64,000 nucleotides of DNA, taken from the NCBI GenBank assembly GCA_934101575.1, contig CAKORJ010000001.1, positions 541,972 through 605,971 on the forward strand, written 5' to 3'. Shown piece after piece: positions 9,910 to 19,394 of this stretch. Each line of letters begins with the position of its first letter. The first letter of the stretch is position 1. The position numbers were made by a program, and so were the translations under genes. The notes beneath the pieces were generated by a model. That model was given only the letters and a program-made list of their open reading frames with translations. It was not told where the DNA came from and ran no database searches. Origin of the DNA: an uncultured Bacilli bacterium. Its GTDB lineage: Bacteria; Bacillota_I; Bacilli_A; RF39; UBA660.

Positions 9910-12513
9910 TTAATTTATTTTTATGTGTTGTTGGTCGTATTTATAGTTGTGTAATACTTCTTCGGATGTTAATGCTTTTGTGTAAACTTTAGCACTATAA
10001 GTATTCATGTTTATTGCGCTTGTTGTACCACTTCCACTATAAATTTGTGCTTTATTTATACCTAGGTTTCCTATGTTCGAGGTATATTCATAAGATCCTC
10101 CTATTGAGGTTGACTCTTTTACTTTTATTCCGTTTATGTATGATGTTAATTTATTGTTTGTTACGTCATTTACCATTGTAAAGTTTATTATTTTAGTTGG
10201 TGCTGTGTGTTCATTAAAGTCAGCCCCTGCTAGCCCTGAAGTTGTTCTTATGCCGGCATAGACTTTCATTTGATTTGCTTTACTGTTTTGCCAGAATATT
10301 GCTTGACCACTATAGTATGCTCCTCCTATAAGGACTCCTGTGTTACCGTATGTGGTATTAGTGTATGGGACACTGTTTGCCATCATTGTTATTGATAATG
10401 TACTATTTGTTGTAGGAGTTAGTACTGATGAAAGTGGCATGCTTGATGTTACTGTTGTACTTGGAAGTAATAAATTATTTGTTTTCCATGTTCCAGATGA
10501 TATTGTTCCATTGTATCCTGTTCCGCTTAAATCTTTCCAAGAGGATAATACTGTTAAATGATTACTTCCTGAGTTTGCATAACCATCATACCAAAGTTTT
10601 AGATTTTCTTGGACATAACCGTTTATGTTTTCTGTATAAGCATTTATTCTTCGACCATTTGAATCTTGAATATTTGCTTCATCTATTACTTGAGTAAATG
10701 TTTTATTATCACTTGATACGGATGTTACTGAATCATAATATGTTCTTACATCTCCAAAATAGTTCCATACTGCTATTTCATCTAAATCATATGTCTCTTC
10801 TAAATCTATTGTTACACACTGATTATTTGTGTATGAACTGGCATTGGCCCAACTAGAATAAGTTATATCTCCATCTGTTATTCTTGAATATGGGTGTGTA
10901 CTACTTTCTGCGGTTGTTCCTGTTGCTGTTTTGCCTTTTGCTACGTTTACTCCGTCTTTTATGGCTTGTATTTCAAGCCAATGATTTTGATTATTAGCAG
11001 TATTATAACTAATACAATCTTTTATATATCTGACATTGTTTAATTTTGTTGTTCTTTTTTTAGGTTTTGTATCTACATATGTGATTTTTGCATAACCATC
11101 TCCGGTATTTTCTCCTTCTAGCATTTTTCCTCCGACAAAGTATTTGCCACTATAATGAATTGTTTGATTAGTATGAGTTATAGTAGTACTTTCCTTAACA
11201 GAATTTACTCCGGCATATCCACTTATGTAGGAAGACCCTCCGGATGCTGACCATGTTCCGTTTGAAAGTCCAGATGATCCTGATGCTCCATAATATCCTG
11301 ATCCTCCGCCTGAACCACTTCCTGTTGTAGCACTTGCGTTTGATGCTCCTCCAGCCCCACCTTTTCCAAATGATCCAGCTTCGCCATTTGATTGGGCACC
11401 ACTATATTTTGTTGGCGCTGCTCCTCCACTTGTTTGTGTTCCTGGATTACTTAAGTATTGTTGGTAAGTGGAAAATATGGTTTTCGTTCCATATAATGTA
11501 CCACCATATCCTAATGTATAACCACTACCGCTATCTCCTTCTGCACCGCCTCCGGCTACCATTATTCTACTTATAAGAGATTCTGTGTTATCCCAAGATC
11601 CTCCTTTTAATCTTATATCTGTAGCACTTCCACCTGTTCCACCACAAATTCCACTTTTTGCAGGTTTTGCTACTCCTCCACCATTAAATTCATACCCACT
11701 TGTTCTACAATTTGTATCTGGTCTTGTGCCTTTTCCTCCGACGTAAATATATATCTTTTCTCCGGCTTTTAAGTATATATAACCACTTGTTTTAGCTCCT
11801 CCACTATCATATCCTCCGGTTGTTTGTTCATATCCTGCACCACCACCTAGTTCTACATAATAGTAACCATTTCTTGGAACTGTATACTCTTGTGGTTCTC
11901 CTGTATAATTGAAAGTTTTTGCACTATCTTTTGTTTCCATGCTTTCTGGTCTTTGTTCTGCTTCTATTCTTAGTTTTAAAAATGCCTTATAATCCTCAAG
12001 TTTTGATATCTCTTCTTCTTTTGATTTATCTAACCATATTCTAAGTTTATAATTTAAAACTTCGTTTTTATATATGATATCACTATCAATTATATTCTTT
12101 ACTTTTTCTAAGGACATTGGTCCATATTCTTCACCATTTATTTCAAGTCCTACTTTTATATATTTTGTGTCTAATACTTTTCCTGTATAAGTACTTGGTA
12201 CTTCATTTAGTAACTTTAAATCGTATTTTGCTGGGTAGCTACCGGTGTTTTCTATTTTAAATTCATAGATATCTTCTTGTAACAAGCCTTCTTCATCACC
12301 CATAATAGATATTTTTTTATTGATTGTTTCGTAGTTTTCGGTTAGTTTTAACTCTATGCTTCCTGTTTTTATTATTTGTTCATTTGTATCTTGATTATTT
12401 CCTTTTAATAGAGCAAATGATGTTCCGGTTATTAAAGATAAGATTCCTATTAGGACTATACTTAGACTTATTATATATTTCTTTTTATTTATTTCTTTTT
12501 TTATCTTAATCAT
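9910..12513 (-). CDS. large secreted multidomain surface protein with four parts: SipW-cognate-like signal plus TasA/camelysin-like N-domain, Gly_rich domain, F5/8 type C (discoidin) domain, and LamG/ConA-like lectin domain
   Basis: 867 aa. Signal ...LSLITGTSFALLKGN. N-domain paralogous to that of the 38227-41412 protein (SIELKL.., MGDEEGLLQE, YKLRIWLD). FNYTGEPQEYTVPRNGYYYVELGGGAGY... Gly-rich block. Discoidin-like WLEIQAIKDG...CVTIDLEETYDLDEIAVWNYFGD. C-terminal LTSEEVLHNY LamG-type ending. Confidence 0.6.
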   Translation of the reverse strand: MIKIKKEINKKKYIISLSIVLIGILSLITGTSFALLKGNNQDTNEQIIKTGSIELKLTENYETINKKISIMGDEEGLLQEDIYEFKIENTGSYPAKYDLKLLNEVPSTYTGKVLDTKYIKVGLEINGEEYGPMSLEKVKNIIDSDIIYKNEVLNYKLRIWLDKSKEEEISKLEDYKAFLKLRIEAEQRPESMETKDSAKTFNYTGEPQEYTVPRNGYYYVELGGGAGYEQTTGGYDSGGAKTSGYIYLKAGEKIYIYVGGKGTRPDTNCRTSGYEFNGGGVAKPAKSGICGGTGGSATDIRLKGGSWDNTESLISRIMVAGGGAEGDSGSGYTLGYGGTLYGTKTIFSTYQQYLSNPGTQTSGGAAPTKYSGAQSNGEAGSFGKGGAGGASNASATTGSGSGGGSGYYGASGSSGLSNGTWSASGGSSYISGYAGVNSVKESTTITHTNQTIHYSGKYFVGGKMLEGENTGDGYAKITYVDTKPKKRTTKLNNVRYIKDCISYNTANNQNHWLEIQAIKDGVNVAKGKTATGTTAESSTHPYSRITDGDITYSSWANASSYTNNQCVTIDLEETYDLDEIAVWNYFGDVRTYYDSVTSVSSDNKTFTQVIDEANIQDSNGRRINAYTENINGYVQENLKLWYDGYANSGSNHLTVLSSWKDLSGTGYNGTISSGTWKTNNLLLPSTTVTSSMPLSSVLTPTTNSTLSITMMANSVPYTNTTYGNTGVLIGGAYYSGQAIFWQNSKANQMKVYAGIRTTSGLAGADFNEHTAPTKIINFTMVNDVTNNKLTSYINGIKVKESTSIGGSYEYTSNIGNLGINKAQIYSGSGTTSAINMNTYSAKVYTKALTSEEVLHNYKYDQQHIKIN

Positions 12514-12726
12514 CTCTTTTGCTCCTTTTTATTATACATAAATATTTTATAATAAAAATTATAGTTTTTCAAGAAGAAAAGACAAGATAAAACTTATCCT
12601 GTCTAGAGAAATCAATCATATGTCACACTTTTGTTATAAAAATACCATTTTATATATTTACATAATTGAGCTTATATTCTTCTACTATTTGATTTGAGCT
12701 TTAAAAATCTAGAACTTTCCTATAAG

Positions 12727-12756
12727 ATAAAAAAAGCAGCAAATATTATTTGCTAA
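12727..12756 (-). terminator. rho-independent terminator of recA (hairpin AGCAAATA-TATTTGCT plus U-run, overlaps stop)
   Basis: Inverted repeat agcagcaaatattatttgct with A-run 12727-12735 on the plus strand. Confidence 0.55.
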
Positions 12757-13750
12757 CTTTACAGTATTCTGCTCTTACTTTTTTTTCTAGTTCATCACAT
12801 AGTTTTTTATTTTCTCTTAGCAAGGCTTTTACATTTTCTTTTCCTTGACCTATTTTTTCTCCGTTATATGAATACCATGCCCCGCTTTTATCTACTATAC
12901 CCGCTTCTACTGCAAGGTCTATTATTTCACTTTCTTTTGATATTCCTAGTCCATACATTATTTCTACTACTGCTGTTTTAAATGGTGGGGCTACTTTATT
13001 TTTTACTACTTTTATTACTGTTTTATTTCCTATTACACTGTCACTTGTTTTTAATTGTTCTCCTCTTCTTACATCTAGTCTTATTGAAGAATAAAACTTA
13101 AGTGCTCTTCCTCCTGGTGTTGTTTCTGGATTTCCAAACATTACACCAACTTTTTCACGAAGTTGATTTATGAATATACATGTAGTTTTTGTTTTATTTA
13201 CTGTTCCTGATAGTTTTCTTAGGGCTTGTGACATTAGTCTAGCTTGAAGTCCTACGTGTGAATCTCCCATTTCTCCTTCTATTTCTGCTTTTGGTACTAA
13301 GGCTGCTACTGAATCTATTACCACTATATCTACTGCTTCGCTTCTTACTAGTGCTTCACAAATTTCTAATGCTTGTTCCCCTGTATCTGGTTGTGATATT
13401 AAAAGTTCATCTATATTCACTCCAAGTCTTTTAGCATAAACTGGGTCTAAGGCATGTTCTGCATCTATAAATGCTGCTCTTCCTCCTTTTTTTTGCACTT
13501 CTGCTATCGCATGTAATGCTACTGTTGTTTTACCACTTGATTCTGGTCCAAATATTTCTATTATTCTCCCTTTTGGAAAGCCATTTACACCTAATGCTAA
13601 ATCTAAGGCTAACGAACCACTTGAAGTAGTTTCAACTTCCATATTATTATTTTCCCCTAATTTCATTATTGATCCTTTTCCAAATTGTTTTTCAATATCT
13701 GCTAAGACTTGATCTAAAGTTTTATCACTTTTTGTTTCTTTTTTTGCCAT
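12746..13750 (-). CDS. recA: recombinase RecA
   Basis: 334 aa. GPESSGKTT Walker [23 protein letters not shown] and other canonical RecA blocks. Confidence 0.95.
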   Translation of the reverse strand: MAKKETKSDKTLDQVLADIEKQFGKGSIMKLGENNNMEVETTSSGSLALDLALGVNGFPKGRIIEIFGPESSGKTTVALHAIAEVQKKGGRAAFIDAEHALDPVYAKRLGVNIDELLISQPDTGEQALEICEALVRSEAVDIVVIDSVAALVPKAEIEGEMGDSHVGLQARLMSQALRKLSGTVNKTKTTCIFINQLREKVGVMFGNPETTPGGRALKFYSSIRLDVRRGEQLKTSDSVIGNKTVIKVVKNKVAPPFKTAVVEIMYGLGISKESEIIDLAVEAGIVDKSGAWYSYNGEKIGQGKENVKALLRENKKLCDELEKKVRAEYCKVSK

Positions 13751-13774
13751 GTGTAATCCTCCCTATCTGTATCC

Positions 13775-13803
13775 ATCATACAACAAGTTTTAGGACTTGT
13801 CAA
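13775..13803 (-). promoter_or_regulatory. sigma-A-type promoter of recA (-35 TTGACA, 17 bp, -10 TATGAT)
   Basis: Minus-strand sequence TTGACAagtcctaaaacttgttgTATGAT about 25 nt upstream of the AGGGAGG RBS. Confidence 0.6.
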
Positions 13804-13812
13804 TAGTTTTTG

Positions 13813-13826
13813 CAAACATTTGTTTG
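13813..13826 (-). promoter_or_regulatory. putative LexA/SOS (Cheo-like) box upstream of recA
   Basis: 14-bp palindrome CAAACAAATGTTTG (AAAC-N4-GTTT) just upstream of the -35. One mismatch per half-site versus GAAC-N4-GTTC. Confidence 0.3.
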
Positions 13827-13861
13827 TTTTAAATTTAACTTGTTTTCCTTTATAAAATATA

Positions 13862-13904
13862 AAAAATCCCCTTAGTGAAAACTAATTTTTCGGGGGATTT
13901 TTTT
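13862..13904. terminator. bidirectional hairpin terminator (pgsA 3' end)
   Basis: AAAAAATCCCC...GGGGGATTTTTTT inverted repeat flanked by A and T runs. Confidence 0.6.
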
Positions 13905-13913
13905 AGTTGAAAT

Positions 13914-14525
13914 TTATTTTTTTGGGTCAAATTCTGAGTATAATAATTTTTTATTAAGATTGTAATACTCTATCATCGAAACTAGAGACATCAAAGTTCC
14001 AAAATATAAGAAGAATTTAGATACTTGAAATCCTAATAATTCGAATGGTAAATTATAGAAAAATGTTAAGATGATTCCTATCATAAGACTTGCTGTTTTT
14101 ATCTTACCACTCATTTTTGCAGCTTGTACTACTCCTTTTTCTGCTACATTCATTCTTATTGCATCTACTACTATATCTCTTACTATGATTACTACTGGTA
14201 CTATTGCTGGAATAAATCCTTGTGATGCAAATATTATAAGTACTGAATTAACTAGAACTTTATCTGCTATGGCATCTGAGAATTTTCCAAAGTTTGTTAC
14301 TTGTTTTTTCTTTCTTGCTATATACCCATCTAAGTAATCAGTAAATGAAGCTATTATGAATATTAAACCACACAGAATATATCTTACATCTATTAAAATA
14401 CTGTGATATAAGAATGTTTTAAACTCAAAACCAATTCTATAAAATGGAAATAATAATAATATTATAATTAAAAGAGCTAGTATTAATCTTAAAAATGTTA
14501 ATTTTGTTGGTACATTAAACTTCAT
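13914..14525 (-). CDS. pgsA: CDP-diacylglycerol--glycerol-3-phosphate 3-phosphatidyltransferase
   Basis: 203 aa. DYLDGYIAR and GKFSDAIADK CDP-alcohol phosphatidyltransferase motifs. Multi-TM. Confidence 0.85.
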   Translation of the reverse strand: MKFNVPTKLTFLRLILALLIIILLLFPFYRIGFEFKTFLYHSILIDVRYILCGLIFIIASFTDYLDGYIARKKKQVTNFGKFSDAIADKVLVNSVLIIFASQGFIPAIVPVVIIVRDIVVDAIRMNVAEKGVVQAAKMSGKIKTASLMIGIILTFFYNLPFELLGFQVSKFFLYFGTLMSLVSMIEYYNLNKKLLYSEFDPKK

Positions 14526-14534
14526 AAGTTCCTC

Positions 14535-14969
14535 CTATAAATATATTTTTTTTAGTAATATGTAAAATACTACTAATATTACAACAACAATAGTTAAGAT
14601 AATAACTAAAGTTAAACTCTTTTTGTTTTCAAATTCTATTGTATATGGAGTTCTAACTTTTTTTTCATTTTTCTTTTTTTCTTGTTCTTGTTTTAGTCTT
14701 TCTTTGATATCTTCGATACTTATTTTTGACGTTTTTTCAAATAGAAAGTCATCTAGTTCTCCTAATAGTTTCTCATCATCTAATCCTAGATATTTAGCAT
14801 ATGCTTTTACCATATCTTTTAGTTCTAGTATATCTTTAAATACTTTATGATTACCATTTTCTAGGCTTTCTATTAGTAGTGTGTCTTTGTTTAAATCATT
14901 TGCTACTTCTTCTATCGTTATTCCTATTTCTTCTCTTTTTTCTTTAAACTCTTCGCCTATTTCTTTCAT
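14535..14969 (-). CDS. RodZ/YmfM-like HTH (XRE) domain membrane protein
   Basis: 144 aa. N-terminal HTH, C-terminal single TM helix. Position upstream of pgsA-recA matches B. subtilis ymfM-pgsA-cinA-recA. Confidence 0.55.
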   Translation of the reverse strand: MKEIGEEFKEKREEIGITIEEVANDLNKDTLLIESLENGNHKVFKDILELKDMVKAYAKYLGLDDEKLLGELDDFLFEKTSKISIEDIKERLKQEQEKKKNEKKVRTPYTIEFENKKSLTLVIILTIVVVILVVFYILLKKIYL

Positions 14970-14995
14970 AAAACACCTTCTTGTAATAAAAAAAA

Positions 14996-15343
14996 TAACA
15001 TTTAATAAGCCATGTTCTGTACCTATTTCTAGGTGGCAAACATTTATCTATCTTTCGATCCTTGACTAAAGTTCATTTTCCTTGTCAAAGCTCCCCTACC
15101 ATAATTTGGGTTTCTCACTTGTGGGGTTTACCACGTTCCACTCATATTATTTCTAATATGCATCGTCACTATGGCACTTTTATATCTAATCAAACCATAT
15201 TTAAAACTTAGGTTTTTTCGAAGCCGTAGGATTACTCCTCCTAAGGTTATTTTTTTCCTTAGCACAAACACTAAAAGCATCTCAGCTTTTGTGAGCATGG
15301 ACTTTCCTCTACAACTAGTTGCAGCGTTTGCCTAAAATGTTCT
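14996..15343 (-). ncRNA. rnpB: RNase P RNA (rnpB), type B (Firmicutes)
   Basis: Minus-strand sequence contains GAGGAAAGTCCATGCTCAC, AGTGCCATAGTGACGA, AGTGGAACGTGGTAAACCCC, GAGAAACCCAAATTATGGTAGGGGA, and ACAGAACATGGCTTA. Collinear with B. subtilis rnpB. GC-rich island in an AT-rich genome. Sits directly downstream of gpsB as in Bacillus. Ends are within a few nt. Confidence 0.9.
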
Positions 15344-15358
15344 TTTTTTTATATTTTA

Positions 15359-15691
15359 TTATTCATTTTTTCCAAAAATAACTTTTTCTAGATTAGAAAT
15401 TCTTTTTAGAAGATCTACGTTGTTAACAACTTGATTATTTCCTGTTGAGGCTTTGGCTATTTCAGCATTTACACTTGCATCTCTAAGTTCTTTTTTTAAT
15501 CTTATTACTTCTTCTGTTAACCTGTCTTTTTCCATTTCTTGTTTCTTTATTATATCTATAAATGTTCCATAATCTGCTATTATTAAATCAAGAAATTGAT
15601 CTACCTCTTTTAGTCTATAACCTCTTGTGTCTATTTTGAATTCTTTTTCTAGAATATCTTCTTGGGTTAAATTAAGATTTCCTGGGTTCAC
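15359..15691 (-). CDS. gpsB: cell-cycle protein GpsB (DivIVA-domain)
   Basis: 110 aa. DILEKEFKIDTRGYRLKEVDQFLDLI DivIVA N-domain. Conserved gpsB-rnpB adjacency. Confidence 0.75.
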   Translation of the reverse strand: MNPGNLNLTQEDILEKEFKIDTRGYRLKEVDQFLDLIIADYGTFIDIIKKQEMEKDRLTEEVIRLKKELRDASVNAEIAKASTGNNQVVNNVDLLKRISNLEKVIFGKNE

Positions 15692-15969
15692 TATACTCCA
15701 CCAACCTTTACTACATATATTTTAAGAAAAAAAATGGTTTTTGTCAATCACTATTATTCTTTAGAAAATAGGTTGTTGTTTTTAGTTTTATATATTTTGT
15801 CTCTTTTATCATATTATTAAAAATATAAGTTAAATCATCTCTATTCATTTTATCACCTTTTACATTATATTATAAAACTGTAAATCTTGTCTTATATTCG
15901 ACAAAAATATATAAAAAATGATAGAAAAAATTATATAATTATAGTATAATCTTAATATGGTGATGTAGT

Positions 15970-16518
15970 TTGATAAAATATCCTAATAAGATTAGTAAAA
16001 TGAGTAGTTTTAAAAACTATGCTAACAGAGGGATGACTTTAGAATCAGAGATTAATGACTCTAATAGATATTATTTAGAAAATGATATTGCTGTAGTTTA
16101 TAAAAAGCCTACTCCTATAAAGGTAGTAAAACAGGTTAATGAAAAGATAATTAATGCTTATTTTGAGAAACCTTCTACTACTGATTATAATGGTCTATAT
16201 AAAGGAAAATATATCGATTTTGAGGCTAAGGAAACTAAAGGGGTATCTTTTCCTCTTAAAAATATTCATCCTCACCAGATAAGACATTTAGAAAACATAG
16301 AGCGTCATGGAGGTATTTGTTTTTTAATTGTGAGATTTGTTAATGTTAATGAGACTTATCTTTTATTTGAAAAGGATTTTGATTATTTTATTAAGAATAA
16401 TACTAGAAAGTCTATTCCTATTGATTATTTTAAAGAAAAAGGATATTTAATTAAAGATAAGTTGAGGCCTATGGTTGATTACATTGAAATTATTGATAAA
16501 TATGGAGGTATATTATGA
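15970..16518 (+). CDS. recU: Holliday junction resolvase RecU (TTG start)
   Basis: 182 aa. MIKYPNKISK parallels B. subtilis MIRYPNGKTF. Stop overlaps the ponA ATG (recU-ponA operon). GGTGA RBS. Confidence 0.8.
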   Translation: MIKYPNKISKMSSFKNYANRGMTLESEINDSNRYYLENDIAVVYKKPTPIKVVKQVNEKIINAYFEKPSTTDYNGLYKGKYIDFEAKETKGVSFPLKNIHPHQIRHLENIERHGGICFLIVRFVNVNETYLLFEKDFDYFIKNNTRKSIPIDYFKEKGYLIKDKLRPMVDYIEIIDKYGGIL

Positions 16519-19325
16519 AACTTAAAAAGATTAAATTAAAGAAAAAACCTAGTGTTAATGAAAGTAATATTAAGCCTAAACAGACTTCTAAGCTTATGAT
16601 GGGATTCATAATTGTTACTGCTTTACTGTTCTTAGTAGTCGGATTTTTAGTATTTGGTGTTTGGGTTGCTATTCCTTTTACTATTTTGTATTTACTTATG
16701 TTATGGCTGGTTAGAACTATTGATCGGTATCCTGTTGGAAGCAGAAAAAGGAAAAAAGCTAAAAATGCTTTTATGATTATACTTCTTATTGGTATTGTTG
16801 GTATTTTAGCTTTTATTGTTTTCTTTATAATTATTATTATTTCTTCTCCTTCGTTTGATGTTGATAAACTAGAGAGAAATGAAACAACTATAATATATGA
16901 TAGTAATAATGAGACCATTGCTACTCTTGGTAATGAAAAGAGAGAAAAACTCGAGTATGATGAACTTCCTAATGTTTTAGTAGATGCTATTGTTGCTACT
17001 GAAGATTCTAGATTCTTTCAACATAATGGTTTAGATGCTCCTAGATTTGCAAAAGCTGTTTTGGGGCAACTTGCTGGAGCTAGTGATGCTGGTGGTGGTT
17101 CTACTCTTACAATGCAAGTTGCTAAGAATAACTTTACTTCTCGTGAAGCTAGTGGTATTCAAGGTATTATAAGAAAGTTTACTGATATTTATTTATCTGT
17201 ATTTAAAATTGAAAGGGCTTTTACTAAACAAGAAATTATTGAGTACTATGTTAATGAACCTTTCTTAGGAAGTAATTCTTATGGGGTTGAGCAAGCTGCA
17301 CAAACTTATTTTGGTAAACATGCTAAACAACTTAATTTAGCTGAGGCTTCTTTGATAGCTGGACTTTTCCAAGCTCCTGGTGCATATGATCCTTTCTCTG
17401 ATTCTGATGCTGCTACTCAAAGAAGATCTACTGTTCTTTCTTTAATGGTTAGACATGGTTATATTACTGAAGAAGAAAAAAATATTGCTGAATCTATGAA
17501 GGTTAAAGACTTACTTGTTGATTCTAAATCTTCTAATACTAGTATTTATCAAGGTTATATAGATTTAGCTGTTGAAGAAATTGTTAATAAAACTGGTATG
17601 GACCCTTATGTAGTTCCAATGCAAATATATACTAATATGGATACTAAGAAACAAGAGGCTTTAAATAAAGTATTTGATGGAAAAACTTATACATGGGTTA
17701 ATAAAACAGTTCAAGGTAGTGCTGTTGCTGTTGATAGTGCTACTGGCAAAATTATAGCTGTTGGTGCTGGTAGAAATAGAGTTGGTGAAAGAACATTTAA
17801 TTATGCTACTGATATTTCTAGACAAATAGGTTCTACTGCTAAACCACTATTTGATTATGGTCCTGCCATTGAATATAAAAACTACTCTACTGCTCATATA
17901 TTTAATGATAAACCTATTACTTATACTGGTACTACTCAAAAGATTGTTAACTATGATGGTAGATATTTAGGTAATATTTCTTTAAGATATGCTTTATCTG
18001 ATTCTAGAAATGTTCCTGCTGTTGAAGCTTATCAATCTGTTGATAATGAAAAAGTTAAGAAATTTGTAACTAGTCTTGGTATAAAACCTGAAATTGATTC
18101 TTCTGGTTATATGCATGAGGCACATGCTCTTGGAGCATTTAATGGGGCTTCTCCTTTACAACTTGCTGGTGCATATGCAGCATTTAGTAATGGCGGTACT
18201 TATTATGAACCATATTCTGTTAATAAAGTTATATTAAGAGATTCTGATGAAAAGATTGATTTTAAATCAGATGGAGAAAAAGTAATGAGTGAAGCTACTG
18301 CTTATATGGTAACAGATGTATTAAGAGATGTTCCTGGAAGAAATAATATGCCTACTCTTACTTCTGATCAATTTGCTATGAAAACTGGTACTACAAACTA
18401 TGATAAAGAAACAATAAGTAGATTTGGTTATTCTTCTGAAGCTGTTCCAGATGGATGGCTTGTTGGTTACACTCCTGATATTAGTTTGGCAATGTGGACT
18501 GGATATGTTGAAAATAAACAAGGTGTTTATCTTACAATGTCTCAAATGTATTCTCATAAGAATAATTTATATGCTGCATGTGCTAAAGCAATATTTAATA
18601 ATAATGGTTCTAAATGGACTAAACCTTCTACTGTAGTTAGAGCAAAAGTTGTTAAAGGTACTGAAGAACTTGCTAGTTCTACTACTCCTAGTAGTATGGT
18701 AACTACTGAATTATTCAAACGTGGTTATACTCCTAAGAAAACATCTAATAAATATAATGTTTTACCTAATCCTTCTGGACTGACAGTTGAATACTCTGGT
18801 GGTAAAGTTTATATTTCATGGGCTGCTGCTAAGAAACCTGATGATAGTGATGACAGTTTAGGAGCATTTGGATATAATGTTTACTTAAATGGACAACTTT
18901 TAGGATTTACTACTAGCATTTCATATACTTATTCTGGAGCTAATCCATTTGGTACTTATACAGTTAAAACTACTTATAAAAATTCTAGTTCTAATATGAG
19001 TTCTGGAGTTAGTAAGAGTCTTAGTCAAAACATAGATATTAAGAGTAATGTTGAAGGTACAGTTAATCTTAATGTTGGAGGTCCTTCATTCTCTCCTTCT
19101 ACTAGACCATTTACAGTTTATGAAAATGGTGTAGATGTTACATCTTCTGCATCTATTACTACTACTATTACTGATTCAAAAGGCGCTGTTGTTTCTTCTA
19201 TTAGTACAGCAGAAGCTAATACATATACAATTACTTATATAGTTAAATATGATGGTAAGACTAGTAAAGCTCAAACAATTGTTAATGTTTTAGGAAATGA
19301 CTCTGGTGATAAAGATAGCGAATAA
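16515..19325 (+). CDS. ponA: class A penicillin-binding protein PBP1A (transglycosylase/transpeptidase) with a C-terminal Ig/FN3-like extension
   Basis: 936 aa. N-terminal TM. GT51 motifs EDSRFFQHNGLD and RKFTDIY. Transpeptidase STAKP-like GSTAKPL, SDSRN, KTGTT. C-terminal ~250 aa beta-rich repeats. Confidence 0.85.
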   Translation: MKLKKIKLKKKPSVNESNIKPKQTSKLMMGFIIVTALLFLVVGFLVFGVWVAIPFTILYLLMLWLVRTIDRYPVGSRKRKKAKNAFMIILLIGIVGILAFIVFFIIIIISSPSFDVDKLERNETTIIYDSNNETIATLGNEKREKLEYDELPNVLVDAIVATEDSRFFQHNGLDAPRFAKAVLGQLAGASDAGGGSTLTMQVAKNNFTSREASGIQGIIRKFTDIYLSVFKIERAFTKQEIIEYYVNEPFLGSNSYGVEQAAQTYFGKHAKQLNLAEASLIAGLFQAPGAYDPFSDSDAATQRRSTVLSLMVRHGYITEEEKNIAESMKVKDLLVDSKSSNTSIYQGYIDLAVEEIVNKTGMDPYVVPMQIYTNMDTKKQEALNKVFDGKTYTWVNKTVQGSAVAVDSATGKIIAVGAGRNRVGERTFNYATDISRQIGSTAKPLFDYGPAIEYKNYSTAHIFNDKPITYTGTTQKIVNYDGRYLGNISLRYALSDSRNVPAVEAYQSVDNEKVKKFVTSLGIKPEIDSSGYMHEAHALGAFNGASPLQLAGAYAAFSNGGTYYEPYSVNKVILRDSDEKIDFKSDGEKVMSEATAYMVTDVLRDVPGRNNMPTLTSDQFAMKTGTTNYDKETISRFGYSSEAVPDGWLVGYTPDISLAMWTGYVENKQGVYLTMSQMYSHKNNLYAACAKAIFNNNGSKWTKPSTVVRAKVVKGTEELASSTTPSSMVTTELFKRGYTPKKTSNKYNVLPNPSGLTVEYSGGKVYISWAAAKKPDDSDDSLGAFGYNVYLNGQLLGFTTSISYTYSGANPFGTYTVKTTYKNSSSNMSSGVSKSLSQNIDIKSNVEGTVNLNVGGPSFSPSTRPFTVYENGVDVTSSASITTTITDSKGAVVSSISTAEANTYTITYIVKYDGKTSKAQTIVNVLGNDSGDKDSE

Positions 19326-19394
19326 GCTATCTTTTTTCTTGAATTCTTATTTCATATATTATATAATATTACTATCATAGAGGAGGCTTTACTT

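Noticed and set aside
15050-15345. GC-rich island initially considered as a foreign insert or a possible DGR template repeat
   Set aside because: It is RNase P RNA (rnpB): GAGGAAAGTCCATGCTC, GTGGAACGTGGTAAACCCC, ACAGAACATGGCTTA conserved blocks, collinear with B. subtilis rnpB.
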